Source: an uncultured Spirochaetota bacterium (GTDB lineage Bacteria; Spirochaetota; UBA4802; UBA5550). Taken from it: a DNA stretch of 64,000 nucleotides. Every line of letters starts with the position of its first letter. Within the stretch, counting starts at the first letter, position 1. Positions 44,322 to 53,442 of this stretch are shown in pieces. Made by a program: the position numbers and the translations under genes. A model generated the notes under the pieces. That model ran no database searches and was not told where the DNA came from. It saw only the letters and a list, made by a program, of their open reading frames with translations. Where the stretch lies: positions 3,028,702-3,092,701 of the forward strand of contig OW818666.1 of assembly GCA_942493035.1 (NCBI GenBank). The letters are read 5' to 3'.

Positions 44322-44414
44322 AAAAAAATCAAAAAAAATCTTCATAAAAAACTTGACAGATTACATGTTAATACGTTTTTTCAAAATAATATTAAAAGGA
44401 ATAATCAATAATAA

Positions 44415-44507
44415 ATGAAACCCGTTCAGAGCACATCACCAATTTTACAAAACCTCATCCTCGTGGTCGTGGTGGTCAGCTCATGCATATACCGGTTTAT
44501 ACCGTAG
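44415..44507 (+). CDS. Branched-chain amino acid attenuation leader peptide (30 aa, MKPVQSTSPILQNLILVVVVVSSCIYRFIP).
   Basis: Short ORF with an ILV-rich run (LILVVVVV; Val codons GTG GTC GTG GTG GTC). An intrinsic terminator follows 30 nt downstream, and the acetolactate synthase gene lies further downstream on the same strand. Confidence 0.5.
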   Translation: MKPVQSTSPILQNLILVVVVVSSCIYRFIP

Positions 44508-44537
44508 GGTAAGTTATTATATAATAAACAATAAAAG

Positions 44538-44575
44538 CCCCCGCCGGTGTAAACCGGCGGGGGCTTTTTTAGTTT
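44538..44575 (+). terminator. Intrinsic terminator/attenuator: AAAAGCCCCCGCCGG-tgtaaa-CCGGCGGGGGCTTTTTT.
   Basis: 11-bp GC stem followed by a 6-T run, preceded by an A run (potentially bidirectional). Confidence 0.7.
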
Positions 44576-44682
44576 ATGGTTGTTTAAATGTGCTGAGTAT
44601 CCGCACATACAGATTCCGGATTATTGAAAAGTGATTCAGTAATATTTTTTAAACATGCATTTTACCGTAAAAAAAATATTAC

Positions 44683-44713
44683 ATATCCCCACCCCCTTCG
44701 GCGGCGGGGATAT
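44683..44713. repeat. GC hairpin ATATCCCCACCCCC-ttcg-GCGGCGGGGATAT followed by a T run. Same motif family as 51156-51195.
   Basis: Read directly. Could be a second attenuator/terminator within the ilvB leader. Confidence 0.4.
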
Positions 44714-44739
44714 CAGAGTCTTTTTAAATTATAGGGGAG

Positions 44740-44908
44740 TTCTGAAAACTCAATATTTAATGGGGTAAAGGCCAGCCTTTTTTCGACATCCTACCGGTGC
44801 TGGCAGGCGAACATCGTGTTCGCTCGGGCGGTAGCCCCTTTCTAAGCCCCGCAGGGCTTCCTGCGGTCCCGGAAACGGAGTTTTTGGAACCGCCCTATAA
44901 TAAGTTAA
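44740..44908 (+). ncRNA. Unclassified structured leader-RNA candidate upstream of the acetolactate synthase gene. A closed multi-stem domain.
   Basis: Closing stem TTATAGGG...CCCTATAA. Internal stems GAGTT-ctgaa-AACTC, GCCAGC...GCTGGC, GGCGAACA-tcgt-GTTCGC (a 7-bp stem), GGGCGGT...ACCGCCC and CCGCAGG-gcttc-CTGCGG. GC content is well above the local background. Confidence 0.3.
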
Positions 44909-44958
44909 GGAATAAATACTTAAAGTAATTACTTTATTTCAAATTAAAGGAGCCCATT

Positions 44959-46668
44959 ATGAAAATGTCAGGTGCGGAAATCATCATCAAATCTCTTGAA
45001 AAACATGGTATAGAAACTGTCTCAGGGATTCCGGGAGGAGCAGCTCTTCCTCTTTATAACGCGCTCTACTCCAGCAGCATAAAACATGTACTTGCCCGGC
45101 ACGAACAGGGTGCGGGTTTTATTGCACAGGGGATGGCGCGCTCTACGGGGAAACCGGCTGTATGCATAGCAACATCAGGACCTGGAGCTACAAATCTCAT
45201 CACAGCAATAGCCGATGCCAAACTCGACTCAATCCCGCTTGTTGCAATTACATGCCAGGTTCCACTCTCGCTCATAGGAACAGATGCCTTTCAGGAGGTT
45301 GACATGTACGGATTAACTCTATCCATCAGCAAGCACTCACTCCTTGCAAAAAGTACAGAGGAACTCCCCATGATTATAAACGATGCATTCCGTATTGCAC
45401 AGAGCGGCAGACCGGGACCCGTTGTAGTTGATGTTCCAAAAGATATATTAAGCCGCATAATAGAAATCGATGGACTTCCGGAACCTGCGGAGATCTGTAA
45501 CTATTCAAAACACTCGAAGCTTCCATCAGGGATCTGCCGTGCAATCGCAGAAAAAATTAATTCATCAAAACGTCCGGTACTATACGCAGGCGGCGGCATT
45601 ATCGCATCATCCGCATTTGAAGAGCTTAAAGCTCTGGCAGAAAAAAATTCAATCCCCACAGCAGTAACACTAATGGGACTGGGATCTTTCCCCTGTGACA
45701 GCGAACTATACCTGGGAATGGTTGGCATGCACGGGAACCACAGCACAAATATAATATTTGATAATGCCGATCTGATCATCTGTATCGGAAGCCGTTTCAA
45801 TGACAGAACCACGGGAACTGCAGCCCACTTCGGCAAAAAAGCAGATATAATACATATAGACATAGATCCATCGGAGATAAACAAAATCAAAAAGACATCT
45901 ATATCGCTGGCATCTGACGCGAAGAGCGCCATTGAATTTATTATGCCTCTAATTGAACAAGACAGCAGAGAAGAGTGGCTCGAAACATGTAAAACAAAGC
46001 GCGCCCGTTATGACAAAAAACATCACGGTATAGAAGCTCACCCCGAATCGATAATCAAAGCGGTAAGCGCTGCAGCCGATAAAGACGCAATAATCACTAC
46101 AGATGTTGGCCAGCACCAGATGTGGGTAGCAAGAAATTATCCGTTCAAAACAGGGAGAAATTTTCTTACATCTGGAGGTCTTGGAACAATGGGATTCGGC
46201 CTTCCCGCAGCAATAGGTGCGGCTCTTGCTAATCCCGATAAACAGGTAATCTGTTTCAGCGGAGACGGTTCAATTCTGATGAACATACAGGAGCTTGCAA
46301 CTCTTGCCGATCTTAAACTTAATGTAAAAATAATACTGCTGAACAACGGCCAGCTTGGACTTGTGCGCCAGCAGCAGGAGCTGTTTTATAATAAAAATTT
46401 TATTGCCACAACATTCATCACAGCTCCTGACTTTCCGGAGATTGCAAAAGCTTTCAATATAACCGGTTTCGGCATAGATTCAACAGCACCGAATTCAATG
46501 ACCATCGAACAGTGTATGAAAGTACCCGGACCGGTTCTTATAAATGTTCCGGTTCAGGAGGAATACAATGTATACCCCATGGTTCCGCCGGGCGAATCAA
46601 ATATTGTAATGATGAAAGGTGAAGAGATAGAAATGAGTGAGCCGTTGAAAAAAGCTGTGTCTGAATAA
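44959..46668 (+). CDS. ilvB: Acetolactate synthase large (catalytic) subunit, ThDP-dependent.
   Basis: 569 aa. GIPGGAALPLYNAL, HVLARHEQGAGFIAQGMARSTGKPAVCIATSGPGATNLITAIADA, the GSRFNDR region and C-terminal ThDP-binding GDGS...NNG. SD AAAGGAG. No ilvN-like small-subunit ORF follows. Confidence 0.9.
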   Translation: MKMSGAEIIIKSLEKHGIETVSGIPGGAALPLYNALYSSSIKHVLARHEQGAGFIAQGMARSTGKPAVCIATSGPGATNLITAIADAKLDSIPLVAITCQVPLSLIGTDAFQEVDMYGLTLSISKHSLLAKSTEELPMIINDAFRIAQSGRPGPVVVDVPKDILSRIIEIDGLPEPAEICNYSKHSKLPSGICRAIAEKINSSKRPVLYAGGGIIASSAFEELKALAEKNSIPTAVTLMGLGSFPCDSELYLGMVGMHGNHSTNIIFDNADLIICIGSRFNDRTTGTAAHFGKKADIIHIDIDPSEINKIKKTSISLASDAKSAIEFIMPLIEQDSREEWLETCKTKRARYDKKHHGIEAHPESIIKAVSAAADKDAIITTDVGQHQMWVARNYPFKTGRNFLTSGGLGTMGFGLPAAIGAALANPDKQVICFSGDGSILMNIQELATLADLKLNVKIILLNNGQLGLVRQQQELFYNKNFIATTFITAPDFPEIAKAFNITGFGIDSTAPNSMTIEQCMKVPGPVLINVPVQEEYNVYPMVPPGESNIVMMKGEEIEMSEPLKKAVSE

Positions 46669-46710
46669 TTTTATTTTTAAAAAACCGGAAGTGTTTTCAA
46701 ACTAACAAAT

Positions 46711-46750
46711 CTCCCGGCCTGCGGCCACCCTCTTTAGTAAAAAGGGTTTT
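46711..46750 (+). terminator. Terminator hairpins after ilvB: GGCC-tgc-GGCC and ACCCTCTT-tagtaaaa-AGGGTTTT.
   Basis: The loop sequence TAGTAAAA is shared with the terminator-like hairpin at 52484-52505. Confidence 0.5.
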
Positions 46751-46898
46751 GTCTATACAGATATTCATAACCCACTTTATTAAAGTGATGTAGAGCAGAG
46801 CGAAACCGGGGGATTTAAAGTTTCAACCGCGCAAGTGCCAGGAAGAGAACAATAGATCCACCGTTATTTGTGCTTTCATCTTTATTGTATCTTCTCCT

Positions 46899-46963
46899 AA
46901 ACCAGTGGGATATTGCTCTCCGCCGCGCCACCGGCGCGGCGGAGATAAAATACCCCCGGTTTT
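46899..46963. repeat. Palindromic element with a perfect 27-bp core CTCCGCCGCGCC-accg-GCGCGGCGGAG and outer IR AAACCAGTGG / CCCCCGGTTT.
   Basis: Read directly. Homologous to 44232-44321. Confidence 0.55.
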
Positions 46964-47052
46964 AAGCAGTTCCCCTTTATTTCATTTCAATTACTCAATA
47001 ATTACTTGCAATTATTCAAATATAATTTATCATTATAATATATCATACTTAA

Positions 47053-49128
47053 ATGGAAAACATTAAAATGCGGTACGAAAGAAACAGTGTAATTAAAAAT
47101 ATAATAATTGCAGAAGAACTGAGAAAGAACATTGTCACAATCTCCGACATGATGTTCCCGATAATCTACTCTGAAAATATTGAAAAAACTATCGATTCTA
47201 TTTTACTGGAAACAGAGAGCAGCACACTTCTTACAGTTCTTATAATACCTGTTGATCAATATAAAAATATATACAAACATCTGAATTTAATCGATTATTC
47301 CAGAATATTTTACCAGATGCTTCTTATAGGATCGGAAGAGGCTCTTGACGATCAGAATCTGGACAGGTTGTATCATATCAGTGATTTTCTTCCCGAGACT
47401 GCCACCGAGAAAAAACTGAAATTTGTAATAAACAAATCTCTATCCATAATAGAAAAACACTTTCAGAACGAACAGAAAAAAAACTGGTATTTCAGCAGAT
47501 TAACAGACGCGCAGAGAGACCAGGAGGATCTGATCAACATCGGGAAGTCGCTCTCCGGTGAAAAAGATATGGAGAAGCTCCTGCGGCTTATACTTTATCT
47601 CAGCAAAAAAATTACAGGCGCCGATGCGGGAAGTATCTACCTTGTGGAAGAGGATGAAAACGAGAAGAAGCGTCTCAGATTTAAATATTCACATACATTT
47701 TCAAGAGAGATCCCCCTTGAAGAATTTGTAATGGATATGAACAAGAAATCTATCTCCGGTTATGTAGCTGTAACCGGTGAAGTTCTCAACCTCCCCGATG
47801 CCTATAAAATTCAGGAGCTTGCACCATATTCATTTAATCCTTTTTTTGACAGACAGCACAGCTATATCAGCCGATCAATGCTTGTTGTCCCGATGAAAAA
47901 TCATATGGACCAGATAATCGGAGTTATACAGCTCATTAACAGCAAAGAGGATCATTCCGGACTAAAAAAATATGAGAATGAAGCCTTCGAAATTAAACTT
48001 GAAAATCTTGCAGATTTCGATCAATACGTTGTTACCTTTGATGAAAGATACAACAGTCTGCTCGAAGCAATCGCAGGTCAGGCTGCTATCTCCATTGAAA
48101 ATAACAGACTTATCAACCAGATACAGAAACAGTTCGAAGAATTTGTCAAAGCATCAGTAACCGCCATAGAGTCACGGGACCCTGCAACTTCCGGTCACTC
48201 GTTCAGAGTTGCCCAGATATGCAAGGAGATGGCGGCAGCTGTAAACGAAATGCATTCAGGTTATCTTAAAGATTTCAATTTCAATGAAAATGATATTAAG
48301 GAGCTGGAGTTTGCCGCTCTCCTCCACGACTTCGGAAAAGTATATATAGATCTGAACATTTTTAAAAAAGCAAAAAAACTCTATCCTAAAGATCTTGAAA
48401 ACTTGAAGCTCCGTCTCGATTACCTTTACCGGTACCTCGAACTTGCGTACTTCGCGAAAGAGATGGAGATACTGCGTGAAGGGCTAAACTTTAATAAACC
48501 ATATGAGGAAGAACTGAGCAGAATACGGTCAGAGAAAACAGCAAAACTTACCCGCATAATTGAGATAAAGGATGACCTGGTAAGTCTTAACGAACCGACT
48601 GTTACAGACCGTGATCCCGATAAGGTTCTGGAAGGGATTCTGCATGAAATTGAAAATATCGAATGTATAGATATTACCGGACATCATGTAGATATACTCA
48701 CCGACAACGATAAAGTAAACCTTCTGATAAAACGAGGGAGCCTCAACAATGAAGAGCGTCTGGAAATTGAAAGTCATGTTATTGAAACATACAAATTCGT
48801 AAGCAAAATTCCATGGCCGCCGGAATATAAACGGATACCCGAAATTGCAATGCGCCACCACGAGAAACTCGACGGTACAGGTTATCCCGATGGACTGAAA
48901 GGAAAAGAGTCCATATCTCTTCAGTCAAGAATGATGGCGATAGCTGATATATATGACGCACTCACAGCACAGGACAGACCGTACAAAAAATCCGTACCGA
49001 TCGATAAAGTAGTGAAAATACTCAAAGAGGAAGCGGACAACAACAAACTCGACTCGGACCTCGTAGACCTTTTCATAGATGCAAAAATCTATGAAAAAGT
49101 ATCACCAACAGCAACATCCGAAAATTAA
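47053..49128 (+). CDS. GAF-domain HD-GYP phosphodiesterase (c-di-GMP-specific PDE family) with an N-terminal domain of unknown function.
   Basis: 691 aa. GAF-like region (GADAGSIYLVEEDE...VIQLINSKEDH). HD motif AALLHDFGKV. GYP motif HHEKLDGTGYPDGLKG. Confidence 0.8.
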   Translation: MENIKMRYERNSVIKNIIIAEELRKNIVTISDMMFPIIYSENIEKTIDSILLETESSTLLTVLIIPVDQYKNIYKHLNLIDYSRIFYQMLLIGSEEALDDQNLDRLYHISDFLPETATEKKLKFVINKSLSIIEKHFQNEQKKNWYFSRLTDAQRDQEDLINIGKSLSGEKDMEKLLRLILYLSKKITGADAGSIYLVEEDENEKKRLRFKYSHTFSREIPLEEFVMDMNKKSISGYVAVTGEVLNLPDAYKIQELAPYSFNPFFDRQHSYISRSMLVVPMKNHMDQIIGVIQLINSKEDHSGLKKYENEAFEIKLENLADFDQYVVTFDERYNSLLEAIAGQAAISIENNRLINQIQKQFEEFVKASVTAIESRDPATSGHSFRVAQICKEMAAAVNEMHSGYLKDFNFNENDIKELEFAALLHDFGKVYIDLNIFKKAKKLYPKDLENLKLRLDYLYRYLELAYFAKEMEILREGLNFNKPYEEELSRIRSEKTAKLTRIIEIKDDLVSLNEPTVTDRDPDKVLEGILHEIENIECIDITGHHVDILTDNDKVNLLIKRGSLNNEERLEIESHVIETYKFVSKIPWPPEYKRIPEIAMRHHEKLDGTGYPDGLKGKESISLQSRMMAIADIYDALTAQDRPYKKSVPIDKVVKILKEEADNNKLDSDLVDLFIDAKIYEKVSPTATSEN

Positions 49129-49134
49129 TTTTAA

Positions 49135-49215
49135 TCACTCCCTTCCCCTTCTCACCAAGGGGAAGGTGCCCAAAGGGCGGATGGGGAGGCGGATGGGGCG
49201 GTTCGGATGGGGGAC
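49135..49215. repeat. GC-rich REP-like repeat unit downstream of the HD-GYP gene. Same family as 31596-31940.
   Basis: TTCCCCTT-ctcacca-AGGGGAAGGTGCCCAAAGGGCGGATGGGGAGGCGGATGGGGCGG, compare CTCACCATGGGGAAAGGTGCCCGGCGGGCGGATAGGGGCGGGGCG. Confidence 0.55.
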
Positions 49216-49452
49216 AAACCACATCTATTCTCATTATTTAACACAATCTTTACACAACTGCACTTAATACCGGTTTGACAAAATTGTATCATTTTTATCT
49301 CATGATAACATCTGATATCGTATCCTCAAAACTCCGTTTCGAGGAAGGAGAGAGCCCTGCGGGACTTCTAAATGGGCTTCCACCACTTAAACCCTATTAA
49401 GATCAGGTTATCAGGACTGTCTTTAAAATAATAACATCCGGAGTAAACATAA

Positions 49453-50673
49453 ATGAAAGATAACACAATTACATATGATAATGGAATACTTGTAGTTCCG
49501 GATAAACCGGTACTCTTATACATCGAGGGGGACGGAATTGGCCCTGACATCTGGAGAGGCGCGCGCGAGGTGATGGATAAAGCCGTTCAGGTTGCTTACA
49601 ACGGAGAAAAAGAAGTTATCTGGAAAGAGATTCTCGCCGGTGAAAAAGCCCACAAAGCCACAGGCGAATGGCTCCCGGAAGAATCAATCGCTCAGATTGA
49701 AAAATATAAAATTGCAATAAAAGGCCCACTTACGACACCTGTCGGCGGAGGCATGAGAAGTATCAACGTAGCTCTCAGGCAGAGATTCAAACTTCATTCC
49801 TGTATAAGACCTGTGCGTTACTTTAAAGGTGTACCAAGCCCTGTTAAATGGCCCGAACATGTAGACATGGTAATATTCCGTGAAAACATGGAGGACCTCT
49901 ATTCAGGGATCGAATGGAAAGCTGGAAGTGCGGAAGCAGAAAAAGTTCTAGCATTTCTTAATGGCGAGATGGGTCAATCTATCGCTGATGATTCCGGTAT
50001 TGGAATAAAACCTATCAGTGTCCGCAACACAAAAAACCTCATGAGAAACGCTGTACGTTACGCCATTAATCATAACCGGAAATCTGTCACAATAATGCAT
50101 AAAGGGAACATTATGAAATTCACCGAAGGGGCTTTCCGTGACTGGTGCTACGAAGTTGCGAAAGATGAATTTCCTGATAATACTATAACAGAGAAAGAAC
50201 TTAAAGCGAAGTACAATTGGAAACAACCTGAAGGGAAAGTAGTTATAAAAGACCGAATAGCCGACGCGCTTTTTCAGGAGATAATAATACGCCCGCTTAA
50301 TTATGATGTAATAGCAGCACCGAATCTTAATGGCGACTATATATCCGATGCGCTTGCAGCTCTTGTGGGCGGTCTTGGAATTGCTCCGGGTGCAAATATC
50401 GGAAACAATCACGCAATATTCGAAGCTACGCACGGAACAGCTCCGGACATTGCCGGAGAAGATATAGCTAATCCGGGTTCACTTATTCTTTCGGGTGAGA
50501 TGATGCTGCGCTACATCGGATGGGATGAAGCCGCGGACCTTATAATAAACGCATTCGAAAGAACAATTTCTGAAGGAAAAGTAACAATAGATCTTTCAAG
50601 TCAGATGGATGGAGTATCTTCATTAAAATCTTCTGAGTTCGGTCATGCTGTTGCGGAGAATATTAAAGCTTAA
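49453..50673 (+). CDS. icd: NADP-dependent isocitrate dehydrogenase (prokaryotic type).
   Basis: 406 aa. [32 protein letters not shown], and the characteristic IDH/IMDH-family C-terminal region [13 protein letters not shown]...[12 protein letters not shown]. Confidence 0.9.
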   Translation: MKDNTITYDNGILVVPDKPVLLYIEGDGIGPDIWRGAREVMDKAVQVAYNGEKEVIWKEILAGEKAHKATGEWLPEESIAQIEKYKIAIKGPLTTPVGGGMRSINVALRQRFKLHSCIRPVRYFKGVPSPVKWPEHVDMVIFRENMEDLYSGIEWKAGSAEAEKVLAFLNGEMGQSIADDSGIGIKPISVRNTKNLMRNAVRYAINHNRKSVTIMHKGNIMKFTEGAFRDWCYEVAKDEFPDNTITEKELKAKYNWKQPEGKVVIKDRIADALFQEIIIRPLNYDVIAAPNLNGDYISDALAALVGGLGIAPGANIGNNHAIFEATHGTAPDIAGEDIANPGSLILSGEMMLRYIGWDEAADLIINAFERTISEGKVTIDLSSQMDGVSSLKSSEFGHAVAENIKA

Positions 50674-51068
50674 CTGGTATACTCATCCTTGATAATTCTA
50701 TCTGTTAGTATTAAAACTGCGGCAATTTCGATAAATGCTGTGATAAACCGGAAAACTGTTACTACGGTATCAACCGTAGTAACATCATTTCCTGAAAACA
50801 TCCTGTTATAAACATAGGCCAGCGAATAAGCAAAGTGAATATCCATAAAATAAAGCTGAATTTTACGGTTTATATCTTTCTTATTAAAAAGTCTGAAAAC
50901 ATGAAATGTAAGAAAAAAAGATAAAAGAATACCTGCAGTAACGGCATAGAATTTTCCATACAGAAAATTTAAAAAAATCATAAGATAAATGATCTCTATA
51001 TAGTAAAAAGTAGCCAGATAGGGAACAAATGAGTTCACTTTTTCTTTGATATCGATTTTTTTAAGCAT
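50670..51068 (-). CDS. Hypothetical small integral membrane protein.
   Basis: 132 aa with 3-4 hydrophobic segments. Overlaps the icd stop by 4 bp in convergent orientation. No recognisable motif. Confidence 0.35.
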   Translation of the reverse strand: MLKKIDIKEKVNSFVPYLATFYYIEIIYLMIFLNFLYGKFYAVTAGILLSFFLTFHVFRLFNKKDINRKIQLYFMDIHFAYSLAYVYNRMFSGNDVTTVDTVVTVFRFITAFIEIAAVLILTDRIIKDEYTS

Positions 51069-51155
51069 TAAATTAATCCCGGCAACATGAATAAAGTATT
51101 ATATAAAAATTGTGACTACTTAGTTATATAAAAGATGCAGAAAATAAGTGAAAAA

Positions 51156-51195
51156 ATATATCTCTCCCCCCGCCTTCGGCGGGGGGAGAGATATA
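51156..51195. repeat. Perfect hairpin ATATATCTCTCCCCCCGCC-ttcg-GGCGGGGGGAGAGATATAT.
   Basis: Read directly. Lies in the divergent intergenic region, so it is not positioned as a terminator. Confidence 0.5.
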
Positions 51196-51347
51196 TTTCC
51201 GTTGATTTTCAAACATAATTTGAAATATAGCTAAGTAGTTACTGAAAATTTAAGATATAATATCTTACTATTTGATACAATAAAATTATTGTCAACAAAT
51301 GTATATTATATAGAATGACTGAAATAGCGTCAGCGATTTATTTTTGA

Positions 51348-51440
51348 GGGCACAGCGCTTCGCGCTGTGCCTGAGATGGGGGATTTCGGGGGCAAAGCCA
51401 TCGGAATCCCCCATCTCCTGCGCGTGCGAAGCACGCGCCT
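51348..51440. repeat. Cluster of three consecutive GC hairpins with UUCG/GAAG-type loops (a BIME-like REP cluster) upstream of rluD.
   Basis: GGCACAGCGC-ttcg-GCGCTGTGCC, then GAGATGGGGGATT-tcgggggcaaagccatcgg-AATCCCCCATCTC, then GCGCGTGC-gaag-CACGCGC. Confidence 0.5.
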
Positions 51441-51481
51441 CCTAAAAAAATAAATTACCGGCTGAAATAAAGGGGAACCAA

Positions 51482-52426
51482 TTGGAAGAAAAATATACAA
51501 TAACTGTGCCTGAAGAATTTCATCTTGATAGAATTGATCTTGTAATACCTGCATCTCTTGAGGCGGATTTTACACGAAGTCAGATACAGAGGCTTATAAA
51601 AAACGGACAGATAACCGTAAACGGATTACCTACAAGACCAAACTACAAAGCAAAAACCGATGATGAGATAGAGATAACTATAACAGAAGAGGAATATGTA
51701 GAACCGGTAGCGGAAAATATCCCGCTGAACATACTCTATCAGGACGATGATATTGCAGTAATAAACAAACAGCCCGGTCTTGTAGTACACCCGGGACCGG
51801 GAAACTACAGAAGCACACTGGTCAGCGCACTGATGTATCATATAAAAAAATTGTCTACCGCAGGTGATCCTCACAGACCCGGAATTGTCCACAGGCTAGA
51901 TAGAGATACATCAGGCTTAATGGTAATCGCAAAAACAGATGAAGCTTACGAAGGGATGGTCAAACAGTTTCAGGCCAGAACAATCGAAAAACGATACACT
52001 GCAATCATAATCGGAAAACCGGTAAAAGAACACGCTGTAGTAAACAGACCTATTGCTCGTCATAGAAAATACCGTCAGAAAATGACTATAGATGAAGATG
52101 GTCGTGAAGCCATTACGGAATATAAAATATCTAAAATCTGGCATACACAGGTGAGTACATTCACAATGCTCGACGTAAGAATACACACCGGACGGACTCA
52201 CCAGATAAGAGTACACCTCTCGTCAATCGGAAATCCTGTCATCGGTGATCAGATCTATTCAAAGAAGTGGGAGAAATACAAAGTACCTTACCTTCTCCTC
52301 GCATCAACATTTCTTAAATTTAAACATCCAGTAACAGGTGAGGAGTTATCATTTACAGCGGAGCTCCCTGAACACATGAAGGACTATATTGTTAAGCTGG
52401 ATACTATGCTTGAACAGTATCAGTAA
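51482..52426 (+). CDS. rluD: 23S rRNA pseudouridine synthase, RluD/RluA family.
   Basis: 314 aa with a TTG start (AAAGGGGA SD). S4 domain QRLIKNGQITVNG. Catalytic HRLDRDTSGLMVIAKT. Also GRTHQIRVH. Confidence 0.85.
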   Translation: MEEKYTITVPEEFHLDRIDLVIPASLEADFTRSQIQRLIKNGQITVNGLPTRPNYKAKTDDEIEITITEEEYVEPVAENIPLNILYQDDDIAVINKQPGLVVHPGPGNYRSTLVSALMYHIKKLSTAGDPHRPGIVHRLDRDTSGLMVIAKTDEAYEGMVKQFQARTIEKRYTAIIIGKPVKEHAVVNRPIARHRKYRQKMTIDEDGREAITEYKISKIWHTQVSTFTMLDVRIHTGRTHQIRVHLSSIGNPVIGDQIYSKKWEKYKVPYLLLASTFLKFKHPVTGEELSFTAELPEHMKDYIVKLDTMLEQYQ

Positions 52427-52479
52427 TTGAGCGAAGAGTAACCGGATCCACAGCTTAATAACTCAATCCTGAAAATCCC

Positions 52480-52512
52480 CTCTCCCCCCCCTTAGTAAAA
52501 GGGGGTTATTTA
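52480..52512 (+). terminator. Terminator hairpin CCCCCCCCTTAG-taaaa-GGGGG after rluD.
   Basis: Shares the loop sequence TAGTAAAA with the ilvB terminator at 46726-46749. Confidence 0.5.
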
Positions 52513-52923
52513 AAACAAAACACTCTCCACTTTCTTATAGATACTTTTTGCAAATTCATAAAAAATTTTAGCGTCTTCAATATCCGGTTTCCCGTTTGGC
52601 ATCAAACCCAAATCTCCCGGGTATCTGGATTCGATGTAGAGCCTGTTCAAACTATCAAGAATATCATCTTCAATAATTTCCAAAAGATCCAATACCTGAC
52701 TTTTCAATAATATTAAGTCATGTTTTTTCGGTATTTTGCGGTTGTTATATTCAAGCATTGCTTTTAGTGATTTTTCTACTGCCTGTTGAGCATGAAAAGC
52801 GACCATATGTGTAAAATAATCATTATGAATTATCTCTTCAATTAACTTCAGATCATCAGACGCAGATTTTAGCCATTCAATTGCCATAGTTTTATTCATA
52901 ATAAAGATATTCCATTTTGACAT
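52510..52923 (-). CDS. hepT: HEPN-domain toxin (HepT-like) of a HEPN/MNT toxin-antitoxin pair.
   Basis: 137 aa. R-x5-H motif (NRKIPKKHD) and ESRYPGD. Overlaps the upstream nucleotidyltransferase gene. Confidence 0.7.
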   Translation of the reverse strand: MSKWNIFIMNKTMAIEWLKSASDDLKLIEEIIHNDYFTHMVAFHAQQAVEKSLKAMLEYNNRKIPKKHDLILLKSQVLDLLEIIEDDILDSLNRLYIESRYPGDLGLMPNGKPDIEDAKIFYEFAKSIYKKVESVLF

Positions 52924-53255
52924 ATCTCTCTGGAAAAAGAACTATCCAATTCTACGAACTTCTGATTCATCTGTTTTGTATGAACAATCAAATCAATAGG
53001 GACTTTACTTCTGATTCTTCTAATCTGCCTTGAAATTTTCAGGTATATTTCGTTTTTTTCACGCCAGTTGTTTGGCATAAAATCATCTTTTGTCACTACA
53101 TATAAATCAATGTCACTGTCGCTATCCGGATTGCCCCATGCATAGCTACCGAAAAGAATAACTTTTTCAGGGTCCATATTTTTCAGTGCTTCGATGATCT
53201 CAGTCCTGATATTGTCAGGTAATTTCATTATTATACCCTTTTTGATTCTTATCAT
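52896..53255 (-). CDS. mntA: Minimal nucleotidyltransferase antitoxin (MntA-like).
   Basis: LFGSYAWGNPDSDSDIDLYVV, the GS-x9-DxD nucleotidyltransferase motif. The start may instead be the internal ATG at 53228. Confidence 0.7.
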   Translation of the reverse strand: MIRIKKGIIMKLPDNIRTEIIEALKNMDPEKVILFGSYAWGNPDSDSDIDLYVVTKDDFMPNNWREKNEIYLKISRQIRRIRSKVPIDLIVHTKQMNQKFVELDSSFSREICQNGISLL

Positions 53256-53442
53256 ATGGTTATATAATTTGTATCATATAATCAACAATTATAATTAAAT
53301 CAATCCGGAAGAAGAATGTCAAGCCGGATAAACAATTAACAGATCGAGAAGAAAAAATGCAGAAAACTATTCCTGGAAAAACCACCCTTCCATTTGTGAT
53401 AAAAATAAACTTCTTCAGGAAAGAAACCGAATCACTTTTATT

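Noticed and set aside
44740-44908. SRP (4.5S) RNA or T-box leader identity for the structured region upstream of ilvB.
   Set aside because: It lacks the GGUCC-GGAA-GGAAGCAGCC-type SRP domain IV core. A T-box-like AGGGNGGNACC sequence is present only on the wrong strand. It was left unclassified.
51330-51554. 74-aa minus-strand ORF upstream of rluD.
   Set aside because: It is composed of the triple GC hairpin cluster, is Arg/Pro-rich and low-complexity, and has no RBS.
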